From contig CAWINB010000004.1 of the NCBI GenBank assembly GCA_963837465.1, positions 138,853 through 202,852 on the forward strand: 64,000 bases of DNA. Reading direction: 5' to 3'. Shown in pieces: positions 35,649-44,628 of the stretch. This DNA comes from Candidatus Doudnabacteria bacterium. Lineage in GTDB: Bacteria > Patescibacteriota > Doudnabacteria > UBA920. Position 1 is the first letter of the stretch. The number at the start of each line of letters is the position of its first letter. The notes beneath the pieces were generated by a model that saw only the letters and a list, made by a program, of their open reading frames with translations, did no database searches and was not told the DNA's origin. The translations under genes were made by a program, and so were the position numbers.

Positions 35649-36740
35649 ATGAGAATAAAAAATATTAAGATAAAAAACTTCCGTAATTATCCAAGTTTGG
35701 ATATCGAAATAAGCAGTGACACTGTGGTCTTAACCGGGCCTAACGCGGTTGGCAAGACCAACCTTTTGGAATCGGTCTATTTTGCCTCTTTGTTTAAGTC
35801 GTTCCGCGACGATACGGAATTTATTTTTCTGAAAGATTCAAAAAGCCTGGAGCTTAGGCTGGTTTTGGAAAAAGAAGGGGTTGCGCGCGAGCTGGGAATA
35901 TTTTTGGAAAAGCGCGATAAAATTTACGCCAATTTTGTTATTGACGGAGTTAAGAAAAAACGCCGCGAGGCCCAGGGTTTTATAAGCGTGGTTATTTTTG
36001 ATCCCACGGATGTTGATATGTTTACCAAGACTCCGGACTTCCGGCGCAAGTACCTTAACATGGTTCTGTCGCAAAAAAATCCGGAATACTTGGAAGCCTT
36101 GGCCAATTATAAAAAAGCCCTGTTCCAAAAAAACCGCCTGCTTTTGGAAATGAAGGTCGGCCGCAGCCAGGGTGAAGATTTGGCCTCCTGGAACGACCAG
36201 TTGGTAGCGTGGGGCAGCGCCATAATAGTGGAAAGAAAAAAATTTGTCGGTTTTTTAAACACCAGGGTCGCTGATATTTACACCACAATTTCAGGTTTCC
36301 ACCGCCCCGTGGAAGTTGTTTATGATACCTTAGCCGGCTCCGCGGCCGAAGAAATAGCCGAGAGTTTTAGCCAAAAATTGCAAAGCCTGCAGCGCAAAGA
36401 GGCTTTACTCGCCGCTTCCCTGGTTGGCCCGCACCGCGACGATTTTTCGTTAAAGAGCGACGGGCTGTATTTATCGCCTTTTTCTTCGCGCGGGGAATTG
36501 CGCAGCCAGGTTTTGGCCTTAAAAATTTTAGAGCTGGAATACCTCAGCCGCGGCGAAGAAAAACCGATTTTGCTTTTGGATGACGTACTGTCGGAACTGG
36601 ACGAGACGCGCCGGACATTTTTGCTCAAATTTTTACAGGGAAAGTTTCAGACTTTTATCACCACCACTCACCCACTGGAAATGCCGGCCCAGCACATTAC
36701 CTTGTCGCCAGCCGTGGAAGAACAGGAAATAAAAAATTAA
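35649..36740 (+). CDS. recF: DNA replication and repair protein RecF
   Basis: 363 aa; NFRNY...LTGPNAVGKTNLLE Walker A; SMC-like signature; follows dnaN. Confidence 0.9.
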   Translation: MRIKNIKIKNFRNYPSLDIEISSDTVVLTGPNAVGKTNLLESVYFASLFKSFRDDTEFIFLKDSKSLELRLVLEKEGVARELGIFLEKRDKIYANFVIDGVKKKRREAQGFISVVIFDPTDVDMFTKTPDFRRKYLNMVLSQKNPEYLEALANYKKALFQKNRLLLEMKVGRSQGEDLASWNDQLVAWGSAIIVERKKFVGFLNTRVADIYTTISGFHRPVEVVYDTLAGSAAEEIAESFSQKLQSLQRKEALLAASLVGPHRDDFSLKSDGLYLSPFSSRGELRSQVLALKILELEYLSRGEEKPILLLDDVLSELDETRRTFLLKFLQGKFQTFITTTHPLEMPAQHITLSPAVEEQEIKN

Positions 36741-36746
36741 AAACAA

Positions 36747-37055
36747 ATGTTAAAACATAATCAGGGGTTTGACAAGATAGATAAGATTTTACCCGGAGTC
36801 GCCAAAAGCCATAACCTGGAACAAGCGCTTTATCGGCACCAGGCCTTAAGGTATTGGCAGGAGGCCGCCTGCGCTTTTGTGGAAGAATGCCGGAACCTGA
36901 CCCGGGCGGTTGATTTAAAAAAAGGGGTGTTGATTGTCGCCTGTCTGTCACGACAGGCCGCTTATAAGATCAAGCTGCTGGCTGAAAAAATTATAGAGGT
37001 TTTAAACAAGCTGGTTGGCAGAAAGGTGGTTTTCGCCATTAGTATTGAATTATAG
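36747..37055 (+). CDS. DUF721-family protein (RemB/YaaB-like, follows recF)
   Basis: 102 aa; conserved position after recF and DUF721-like sequence. Confidence 0.65.
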   Translation: MLKHNQGFDKIDKILPGVAKSHNLEQALYRHQALRYWQEAACAFVEECRNLTRAVDLKKGVLIVACLSRQAAYKIKLLAEKIIEVLNKLVGRKVVFAISIEL

Positions 37056-37078
37056 GCTTAACTTCCGATTTTAGAAAC

Positions 37079-37669
37079 ATGATCATTTTACAGAATTTTG
37101 TCGCCGGTCTGTCCTACTATCGCTATGTGCTGGCGTTTTTTTTGGCCATTGTGGAAGGGCCGATGGTCATGGTGGCCAGCGGCATTTTGCTGCGCCTGCG
37201 GTTTTTTTATTTTTTACCCATTTATCTTTGCCTGATGCTGGGGGATTTTGTGGCCGATCTGGCTTGGTACGGCGTGGGATATTACGGCGGCCGCGGTTTT
37301 GTGGAGCGCTTTGGAAAATATTTCAGCCTGACTCCCGAAGTCTTGGAAAAAATCGAGCATTTTTTTAAAAAGCACCAGGATAAAATTTTATTTATTTCCA
37401 AAATTACCATGGGTTTTGGTTTTGCCCTGGCCACTTTGGTTACCGCGGGTTTGGTCAGGATAAATTTTAAAAAATACGCCCTGTTTAATTTTTTAGGGGG
37501 ATTTATCTGGACCGGCATCCTCGTTGGCCTGGGATATTTTTTTGGAAACCTTTACGCTTTGCTTAATAAAGGATTTAAAGCTGTTTTTATAATCGGCTTG
37601 GTGGTTTTTATGCTGGCGTTGCTTTATGGCGGCGGCCGTTATTTTAAGACTTTGTTATTAAAAAAGTAA
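37079..37669 (+). CDS. DedA/TVP38-family membrane protein
   Basis: 196 aa; 4-5 TM helices; FLAIVEGP..VMVASG block typical of DedA. Confidence 0.75.
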   Translation: MIILQNFVAGLSYYRYVLAFFLAIVEGPMVMVASGILLRLRFFYFLPIYLCLMLGDFVADLAWYGVGYYGGRGFVERFGKYFSLTPEVLEKIEHFFKKHQDKILFISKITMGFGFALATLVTAGLVRINFKKYALFNFLGGFIWTGILVGLGYFFGNLYALLNKGFKAVFIIGLVVFMLALLYGGGRYFKTLLLKK

Positions 37670-37672
37670 ACC

Positions 37673-38398
37673 ATGATTTCATTTATAATCCCGACGTTGC
37701 AGGAGGAAAAAGTCATGGAAAAGATTTTAAAAAATCTTAGGCAAATTTCCTCCTTTGATTATGAAATTATTGTTTCCGACGGCGGCAGTAAGGATAAAAC
37801 CCGGGAAATTGCTTCCGGCTATGCCGACAAAGTGGTTGTTTACAGCGGAACAAAGCGTCAAACCATTGGACAGGCCAAGAATTTAGGCGCGAAACAGGCG
37901 GCGGGAGAATTTTTGGTGTTTTTGGACGCGGATATTTATGTGCCGGAGCCGGATAAATTTTTTGCCCGCGCCCTTAAGCACTTTGAAGGCGACGGCAGGC
38001 TTGTGGCTTTAAGCGGCTGGCTGAGAGTTTTTCCGGAAATGGAAACCTTTGGCGACAAAATCGGTTACGGTATTTTGACCAATTGGTCGCTGGTGGTAAA
38101 TAACAATATTTTAAGAACCGGCGCCGGATGCGGCGAATTTGCCATGATACGAGCCAGGGACTTTAATAAAGTCGGCGGCTACAGGGAAGATTTGGCCGTG
38201 GACGAAGACCAGGACCTGCCCCGGCGTCTGGTTAAAATCGGCCGCACCAAAACCGATCCCCAGCTTTTGCTTTTTCATACCGGCCGCCGCCCCCACGCCA
38301 TAGGCTGGCCCAGGCTTTTGTGGCAATGGACCACCAACTGGCTGTCCCTGGTTTTATTGAATCACTCCGCGGATACGGAGTGGAAGGTTATAAGGTAG
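37673..38398 (+). CDS. family 2 glycosyltransferase
   Basis: 241 aa; ISFIIPTLQEE...YEIIVSDGGSKD...FLDAD (DxD) GT2 signature. Confidence 0.8.
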   Translation: MISFIIPTLQEEKVMEKILKNLRQISSFDYEIIVSDGGSKDKTREIASGYADKVVVYSGTKRQTIGQAKNLGAKQAAGEFLVFLDADIYVPEPDKFFARALKHFEGDGRLVALSGWLRVFPEMETFGDKIGYGILTNWSLVVNNNILRTGAGCGEFAMIRARDFNKVGGYREDLAVDEDQDLPRRLVKIGRTKTDPQLLLFHTGRRPHAIGWPRLLWQWTTNWLSLVLLNHSADTEWKVIR

Positions 38399-38484
38399 TC
38401 TCTGATCTTTATTGGCCAGCTAGAGAAACTTCGTTTTAATTTAGGCGCCTTTTGATATATTTGCTTTATTATTTCTTTACAAAA

Positions 38485-39906
38485 ATGCAAAACCAAACCA
38501 ACCATTCAGACAAGGTAAGCCAAATTTCCAAAGAAGTCGCCGAAGCATTTAATAAAAAACAGCGGCTATATATTTTCCATAATTCATCCAATACCACAAG
38601 AGAAATCAATTTTAAGAAAGGGGCTGTGGTGGATGTTAGCGACCTTAACAAGGTCTTAGAAATAAACTCCGAGGAACAATATGCTATTGTTGAACCTAAT
38701 GTTTCAATGGGTAAGCTAGTTTCGGAAACCTTAAAGAAAGGGCTCGTGCCACCTGTTGTTATGGAATTTCCCGCTATAACCGTTGGCGGGGCCATACAGG
38801 GTGGCGCGGTGGAAAGCAATTCTTATAAGCATGGTTCTATACACCATTGTTGCGATGAATATGAAGTCGTTTTGGGCAATGGCCGAATAGTTAAATTATC
38901 ACCCACTGACAATCCAGAGTTGTTTTGGGGCTTGGCTTGTAGTTATGGTTCATTGGCAATTATCACTAAAGTAAAATTACGGTTAGTTAGAGCAGCCAAG
39001 TTTGTAAAAATCAGGTACATATTTACAGAAAATACCGTCAAAACCATTGAAACAATCAGGCTTGAAAAAAACAACTCAAAAACAGATTTTCTTGACGCTA
39101 TTTTGTTTGGTCAAAATAGTGGAGTGGTAATGGCCGGTGAAATGACAGATGTTTGCGGCCCCAACCAAAAACCGCTTACTTTTTCCAAGCCCAGCGATAA
39201 CTGGTTTTACCTGCACGTTCAGAGCAAGGTTCAAAAACAGGATTTTTTAGAAGAGTTATTGCCTTTAACCGAATATCTGTTCCGCTATAACCGCGGCGCA
39301 TTTTGGATGAGTAAATTTTATTTTGATTATTTTAAACTGCCTTTTACCAAAATAACCCGCCGTATTTTAAATCGTTGGCTGGACGCGAAAAATCTTTACC
39401 GGGCTCCGCACGCCGCTAACTTATCACAAATTTATATATTACAGGATTTTGACTTACCTTATAACAAAGTTATTGAATTCTTAGAGTATGTAAACCAGAG
39501 CCTGCCAACATATCCTTTGTGGCTTTGCCCATTATTGCCAACGTCGGAAAATGACAGGCTTGCCCCCAATCACATAGAAACCGACTTGGTTATAAATGTT
39601 GGGATATATACACAAATAGGCAATAATTACGAAAAATTTATTAAATTAAACAGGAGCTTGGAAACGCTGGCGGAACAGCTAAAAGGCAGAAAGATGCTTT
39701 ACGCCCACCAATATTATCCGGTAAATGAATTTTGGCGGATTTATGATAAAAATTGGTATGACGGCTTGCGCGCTAAATGCTTTGCCGGAAACATTTTTCC
39801 CGACGTCTATGAAAAAACGTTTGTTGATAAAAAATATAAAAGCAGGTTTTGGAAAGGTGTTTTTGAGTTATTAAAGTCACCGGATAAGTTAACCGTTAAA
39901 GAATAG
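38485..39906 (+). CDS. FAD-binding (PCMH-type) oxidase, DprE1/alditol-oxidase-like
   Basis: ATG 38485 preferred over the upstream TTG; FAD_binding_4-like N-terminal domain (PAITVGGAIQGG). Confidence 0.6.
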   Translation: MQNQTNHSDKVSQISKEVAEAFNKKQRLYIFHNSSNTTREINFKKGAVVDVSDLNKVLEINSEEQYAIVEPNVSMGKLVSETLKKGLVPPVVMEFPAITVGGAIQGGAVESNSYKHGSIHHCCDEYEVVLGNGRIVKLSPTDNPELFWGLACSYGSLAIITKVKLRLVRAAKFVKIRYIFTENTVKTIETIRLEKNNSKTDFLDAILFGQNSGVVMAGEMTDVCGPNQKPLTFSKPSDNWFYLHVQSKVQKQDFLEELLPLTEYLFRYNRGAFWMSKFYFDYFKLPFTKITRRILNRWLDAKNLYRAPHAANLSQIYILQDFDLPYNKVIEFLEYVNQSLPTYPLWLCPLLPTSENDRLAPNHIETDLVINVGIYTQIGNNYEKFIKLNRSLETLAEQLKGRKMLYAHQYYPVNEFWRIYDKNWYDGLRAKCFAGNIFPDVYEKTFVDKKYKSRFWKGVFELLKSPDKLTVKE

Positions 39907-40060
39907 CCAAAACCTATCTTAAAACTTTGCAAAGATGCAGTTCCTGCTCCAACTCAGCCCAGTTAAAGTTCTAAACGGCTTCAATAAGGGCAGGCTTGCC
40001 AAAACGGCCAAAACCGATTACAATAGTTGGTCGCGACTAATAAATTATTATCCCAGTATT

Positions 40061-40378
40061 ATGAAACAGATAAAAAAAGACACCAACCGCATACCGAAAG
40101 TCAATTCCCTTATCGAACATCGGTTGGGGCCGGTTTTGCATGAGTTTTTGTCCGGAGAACAGGGTTTGGTAACGATTTCCAAAGTGGAAACCAGCCGCGA
40201 TATGAAGTGGGCAAAAATCTGGATTTCCATTTTGGGCGGCGATGACGAAAAACTCATCAAACACATTAACGCCCATATTTATGAAATCCAGGGAGCGCTG
40301 AATGAAACATTCGCCACTAAAATTATTCCAAGGATCAGCTTTTTTTGGACACCAGTCCCAGGTACGCGCAGCATATAA
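40061..40378 (+). CDS. rbfA: ribosome-binding factor A
   Basis: start at internal Met (MKQIKKD); RIPKVNSLIEHRLGPVL...VTISKVETSRDMKWAKIWISILG matches RbfA. Confidence 0.8.
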   Translation: MKQIKKDTNRIPKVNSLIEHRLGPVLHEFLSGEQGLVTISKVETSRDMKWAKIWISILGGDDEKLIKHINAHIYEIQGALNETFATKIIPRISFFWTPVPGTRSI

Positions 40379-40428
40379 GCGAGCTGATTGATAAAGTGCA
40401 TGGAGAAGAGTAGATTTACATAATACCC

Positions 40429-41379
40429 ATGCGTCACGAATTAGCCAAAGCCAAAAAGCTTATTGACGGCTCCAGTCGCGTACTGCTGGCCATGCACGAG
40501 CGCATGGACGGCGATGACGGCGGCGCGCTTTTGGCCGTGGCCGCGCATTTGGAAAAAATGGGTAAAATAGTCACGTGCGTTATAAAAAAAGGCGTCCCGC
40601 CGAACCTGGCCTTTCTGCCAGGCAGTCATAAAATAGCCGATGACATTGAGACAACTGATTTTGACCTGCTTATTACCTTTGGCTGCTCTTCCATCAGCCG
40701 CACAGGCAGTGAAAAAATTATGGGTTTAAAACTTCCCATTATAAATATTGACCACCATCCCGACAACGCGAACTTTGGCAGCGTTAATTTGGTGGATCCT
40801 AAAAAATCCTCGGTAGCCGAACTGGTTTATGATTTTTTTATTTCCTGCCGCTGGCCGATAACCAAAGACATTGCCACCTGCCTGCTAACCGGCATTGTAA
40901 CCGACACTGGTTCGTTTATGCACAGCAACACCCAGAGTTCCACTTTAAAAGCGGCTGCCTATCTTATGAGCAAAGGCGCGCGCATGGGAAAAATTATCAA
41001 GCAAACTTATAAAAGCAAAACGCCGCAAATTTTAAAAGCCTGGGGTAAGGCCATGGAAAATTCCTACTACGACCAAAAGCATAAAATAATTTATTCCGTA
41101 ATGACGGAAAAAGACTTGTCCGAGTTCCGTTCTCTGCCGCAGGCGGCTTTTGAAGGTTTTGCCGAAACTTTAAATACCGTTGCCGAGGCCAAGTTCGCGA
41201 TGTTTTTGCGCCAGGACGGTGAGATTATCAAGGGTAGTTTAAGGAGCGATATTTTTAAGGATATTGATGTTTCCAAAATCGCCCACATCTTCGGCGGCGG
41301 CGGCCACAAATTGGCGTCGGGTTTTTCCGTGGCCGGGAAACTGATGAAGGATGAACAGGGGAAGTGGCGCGTTGTGTAA
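40429..41379 (+). CDS. nrnA: DHH/DHHA1 phosphoesterase (NrnA-like oligoribonuclease/pAp phosphatase)
   Basis: 316 aa; DHH motifs (HERMDGDDGGA, INIDHHPDN) and a DHHA1 C-terminal GGGH block. Confidence 0.8.
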   Translation: MRHELAKAKKLIDGSSRVLLAMHERMDGDDGGALLAVAAHLEKMGKIVTCVIKKGVPPNLAFLPGSHKIADDIETTDFDLLITFGCSSISRTGSEKIMGLKLPIINIDHHPDNANFGSVNLVDPKKSSVAELVYDFFISCRWPITKDIATCLLTGIVTDTGSFMHSNTQSSTLKAAAYLMSKGARMGKIIKQTYKSKTPQILKAWGKAMENSYYDQKHKIIYSVMTEKDLSEFRSLPQAAFEGFAETLNTVAEAKFAMFLRQDGEIIKGSLRSDIFKDIDVSKIAHIFGGGGHKLASGFSVAGKLMKDEQGKWRVV

Positions 41380-41440
41380 GCCGCTGATTGGTCGCGGATT
41401 AGTACGCTGATATGACGCTGAATTTAAGTTGCGTCCATCC

Positions 41441-41535
41441 CTGAATTTTTTCGGCACCTCCGCCGAAGCCTTGCTCGCCCGCCGTAGCTTTAGCGAAGGA
41501 GGGGCGTAGGTGGAAGGGCTGTAAAAATTCAGGGA
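41441..41535. repeat. GC-rich element bounded by a 14 bp inverted repeat; member of a dispersed repeat family
   Basis: arms tccctgaatttttt / aaaaattcagggat; interior shares the 12-mer ttgctcgcccgc with 21738-21749 and cgccgtagc.tt.gcgaagg with 26300-26320. Confidence 0.7.
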
Positions 41536-41553
41536 TCCAGAAGCTAATGCCTA

Positions 41554-41586
41554 AAAAAATACCCGGGGTCTTCCGGGTATTTTTTG
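41554..41586. terminator. bidirectional intrinsic terminator
   Basis: aaaaaat-acccgg-ggtctt-ccgggt-atttttt between convergent genes. Confidence 0.7.
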
Positions 41587-41605
41587 TTCCTACTATATCT
41601 ATAGT

Positions 41606-42205
41606 CTACGGTAATTGAGCTCTTGGATATTGTTTCATTATTTCCGCGGATTTTATCAAACTCTGTAAAAATCCGTCAATTTTTTTATGGTAAGATTCGT
41701 CCAGTAGTTTGCCGCTGTCGTCAAAAGTATTCTGAACTGTGCCAAAGCCCACGGTTTCCCGTATGGAAAACATGGAAAAATTTTCCATTATGGGGCGGAG
41801 TTGTTCAATGGCCCGGCTGCCCGCGATTGTACCGGAAGACGTCCCGACCAAACCAACCGGCTTATGGTCAAATTCCAGGTACAGCCAGTCAAAAGCATTT
41901 TTTAGCACCGCTGAGTAGCCATGGTTGTATTCCGGGGCGATGACCACAAAAGCATCGGCTTTGTAAGCAACCCCGCTCCATTTTTGCACGTTAGGATACG
42001 GATACTTTCCCTTAAGCTGAACCGGCAACAGCGCGGAATCAAAAAACGGCAAAGGTAATTCCTTAAAATCCACCAACTCCGATGTATGTCCCAAAGCCGT
42101 GATTTTCTCCACCATCAACCTGGCCGGAAAAATACTTTTCCCGCCCTCACGCACGGAGCCCAGGATTACGGGGATGTTCAGCATAAGGCTATTTTGATCT
42201 TCCAT
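41606..42205 (-). CDS. NAD(P)H-dependent FMN reductase family (flavodoxin-like) protein
   Basis: 199 aa; IPVILGSVREG...APEYNHGYSAVLKNAFDW typical of FMN_red family. Confidence 0.7.
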   Translation of the reverse strand: MEDQNSLMLNIPVILGSVREGGKSIFPARLMVEKITALGHTSELVDFKELPLPFFDSALLPVQLKGKYPYPNVQKWSGVAYKADAFVVIAPEYNHGYSAVLKNAFDWLYLEFDHKPVGLVGTSSGTIAGSRAIEQLRPIMENFSMFSIRETVGFGTVQNTFDDSGKLLDESYHKKIDGFLQSLIKSAEIMKQYPRAQLP

Positions 42206-42542
42206 AAGACTGCTCGATGAGATTAAAAAAATAATTAATATCTTCGGCTTTATCTAAAATAAGTTCAGTTTCCCCAGTCCCAGAATGACCCAACTCTTTT
42301 ACATTACGTGATACACTTTTTGGATCATCAAGCTCTGACTTAGGAATGTTTATATGAATTTTAAGCTTGTCTTTTTGGAATTCAAAAGATACAAAATTTT
42401 TTCTTGTCCAATAGACGATGTAGTATTTACGAGGCCTTTCTTCCACGCCATCAAGTTGTGCAATTTTGTCTCTTAAAGGCAGAAAAAGATCTTTCGCCTT
42501 ATTACTTGCGCTGTCTAAAATCATGAAGTGGAAACTCTGCAC
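42189..42542 (-). CDS. hypothetical protein
   Basis: 117 aa ORF overlapping the upstream gene by 17 nt; no recognised domain. Confidence 0.35.
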   Translation of the reverse strand: MQSFHFMILDSASNKAKDLFLPLRDKIAQLDGVEERPRKYYIVYWTRKNFVSFEFQKDKLKIHINIPKSELDDPKSVSRNVKELGHSGTGETELILDKAEDINYFFNLIEQSYGRSK

Positions 42543-42682
42543 TTACAAGATTCAATCCAAACACTGTTTCCAAATTTAATTCTGTAAGTTTTTGAATATC
42601 TTTTTCAAGGCCAATATCCTTTCCCCGTACAGGAATCAGCTTTAAGTTTTTTATATCAAAAATCGCCATAGTATTATATAAA

Positions 42683-42768
42683 TGGTGCCCGGGAGAGGAA
42701 TCGAACCTCCATGTCCTTGCGGACGCTGCCACCTCAAGGCAGTGCGGCTGCCGTTACGCCACCCGGGC
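42683..42768 (-). tRNA. tRNA-Leu (anticodon GAG), type II with long variable arm, CCA encoded
   Basis: minus-strand GCCCGGGTGGCG...; anticodon stem-loop CTGCC-TTGAGGT-GGCAG; long variable arm; T-arm GGTTCGATTCC; 3' CCCGGGC-A-CCA. Confidence 0.85.
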
Positions 42769-42891
42769 TAAAATTAAATTAACTTATCAATTATAGCTAA
42801 AGAGGGCTTTATTTTCAAGTGGAGGGTCGTCTCGGTGTAGTTGCCCGATTTATCGGGCTTTGAGGCTCAATAAATTGAGCAACTACAAGCT

Positions 42892-43866
42892 TTGTTTCAA
42901 TGGTATCTCTTTACAAAATTCCCAAAACCCGCCAAACTTATAGATATGTTACTGGAAATTCCAAAAAATTTTTCGGACTTTGAGTTGATAGACACCGGCG
43001 ATGGTTACAGGCTGGAGCGCTGGGGGCAGGTTATTTTGGCGCGGCCGGATCCGCAAATTATTTGGCCACGATCACTACCGAGCGACCAGTGGAATTCCGC
43101 CTGGGCGGTTTTTTCCGCCGGAGGCGGATCCGCCTTTGGCGGAAAAAATAAAGCCGCCGGAGAAAAAGGCCGATGGGAAATAAAAAAACCAATGCCAAAC
43201 CCTTGGATTGTAAATTTTGATGATGTGAAATTTTTACTCAAGCTCTCTCCGTTTAAGCATACGGGCTTGTTCGCGGAGCAGGCCGCCCAATGGGAGTGGA
43301 TGTCGTTAAGGATAAAAGATTCCTCCTTCACTAAAGTTTCGGCGGACAAGAAAGGATTAAGGATACTAAACCTCTTTGCTTACACCGGCGGCGCGACAAT
43401 GGTTTTGGCCAAGGCCGGCTGGCGTGTTACGCATGTGGATGCTTCCAAGCCGGCTATAACCTGGGCCAATGAAAATCATAAATTAAATAACTTGCCGGCT
43501 GACTCTGTCCGCTGGATTTTGGACGACGCGGCAAAATTTGTCGGCCGGGAACTAAAAAGAGGTGCCAAGTATGATGCCATAATTATGGATCCTCCCGCTT
43601 TTGGTCATTCGCCCACAGGCAAGATTTGGAAATTTAACAATGACCTGCCGGGCTTGCTTGCCGACTGCGTTTCCCTGCTGTCGCCCGAAGCTAAATTTTT
43701 AATCATCAACGGCTACGCCACAAATTCCTCGGCCTTGTCTTTAAATAATTTATTGGAAGATGTAATTGCCGCCAAAGACGGTAAGATAGAATTTGGTGAG
43801 TTATGCCTAAAGCAACAATCCGAACGAATGATATCAACCGGAATATTCACCCGATGGAGTATTTAG
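42892..43866 (+). CDS. class I SAM-dependent rRNA methyltransferase (RlmI/RlmK-like)
   Basis: 324 aa; SAM-binding block NLFAYTGGATMVLAKAGWRVTHVDASK; IIMDPPAFG motif; contains an in-frame palindromic insertion (see repeat 43111-43146). Confidence 0.75.
   Translation: MFQWYLFTKFPKPAKLIDMLLEIPKNFSDFELIDTGDGYRLERWGQVILARPDPQIIWPRSLPSDQWNSAWAVFSAGGGSAFGGKNKAAGEKGRWEIKKPMPNPWIVNFDDVKFLLKLSPFKHTGLFAEQAAQWEWMSLRIKDSSFTKVSADKKGLRILNLFAYTGGATMVLAKAGWRVTHVDASKPAITWANENHKLNNLPADSVRWILDDAAKFVGRELKRGAKYDAIIMDPPAFGHSPTGKIWKFNNDLPGLLADCVSLLSPEAKFLIINGYATNSSALSLNNLLEDVIAAKDGKIEFGELCLKQQSERMISTGIFTRWSI
43111..43146. repeat. 36 bp GGATCC-centred palindrome (copy 2 of 2), inside the methyltransferase CDS
   Basis: ttttccgccggaggcgga|tccgcctttggcggaaaa; 32/36 identical to the 5848-5883 copy; encodes the Gly-rich segment FSAGGGSAFGGK in frame. 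Confidence 0.85.
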
Positions 43867-43927
43867 AAAAGCCTATCTTAAAAACAGCGCCGGTCTGGCC
43901 GGCGCTGTTTTATTATTAAAATTCCTG

Positions 43928-44473
43928 TTAGATTTCCGTGGGGTCTGCTATTGATCTTCCCAGGACTATCAAAAATAACAATGGCGCGATAAGCCAGATA
44001 AATCCGGCCGAAGGGGAAAGAAAAATAAATGTTATGAGGCTGGAAAAAGTTTTGCCCGAGGCGGCCAGGTAACCCAGCACGGTGTTAATAAGCAGGCCGA
44101 TCTGCAGGATGGAAAAGACAATGGCAAAAGGGATGGAAGCAAAGTGCCGGCCGTCGGCCGAGGTGCGGAAAGCGTAGCGCGACAGCAGCACAAACAGCAC
44201 AATAAAAATAAGCAAAAAACTCACCAGTTCCTGCAGTCCGGCCAGCGCTCCGGGCAGATTTTGATTTAAGGCCGAGGTCAGCCACGGCGCTTCCAGCACC
44301 AAAAGTTTGGCAATATATAAACTCATAAGCAGGCCGATAATCCGTCCCCTGCCCGCGGCAAAAGCGTAAAATACGCTGGCCACGAGCCAAAACAGCAAAA
44401 TAAACAAATCCCAGCTGGGAGCCCGCCAGTTAAAATTATTTATTATTTGATTGGCATCCGCGACGGAAACCAT
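43928..44473 (-). CDS. polytopic membrane protein, hypothetical
   Basis: 181 aa, ~5 TM helices; no recognised family. Confidence 0.45.
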   Translation of the reverse strand: MVSVADANQIINNFNWRAPSWDLFILLFWLVASVFYAFAAGRGRIIGLLMSLYIAKLLVLEAPWLTSALNQNLPGALAGLQELVSFLLIFIVLFVLLSRYAFRTSADGRHFASIPFAIVFSILQIGLLINTVLGYLAASGKTFSSLITFIFLSPSAGFIWLIAPLLFLIVLGRSIADPTEI

Positions 44474-44628
44474 GGCTGTATTTTTTTATTTCTTTACCCG
44501 CCAAAATTTTGCGTAAAAATTTAGGGAGTTTAACGGTAGATTTTATTTAAGTCATCAGGCCCCATAAACTTATTGGACAAAATTTAGGCGGGTTAATTTC
44601 CTTAATTATAGCATAAACGCTGGTGGCC

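Noticed and set aside
38452-38484. TTG start for the FAD oxidase gene given by the ORF track
   Set aside because: No RBS; ATG at 38485 gives a protein beginning just before the FAD-binding domain; start remains uncertain
42502-42732. 76 aa ORF on the minus strand
   Set aside because: Overlaps the tRNA-Leu gene (42683-42768) on the same strand; no RBS; shadow ORF
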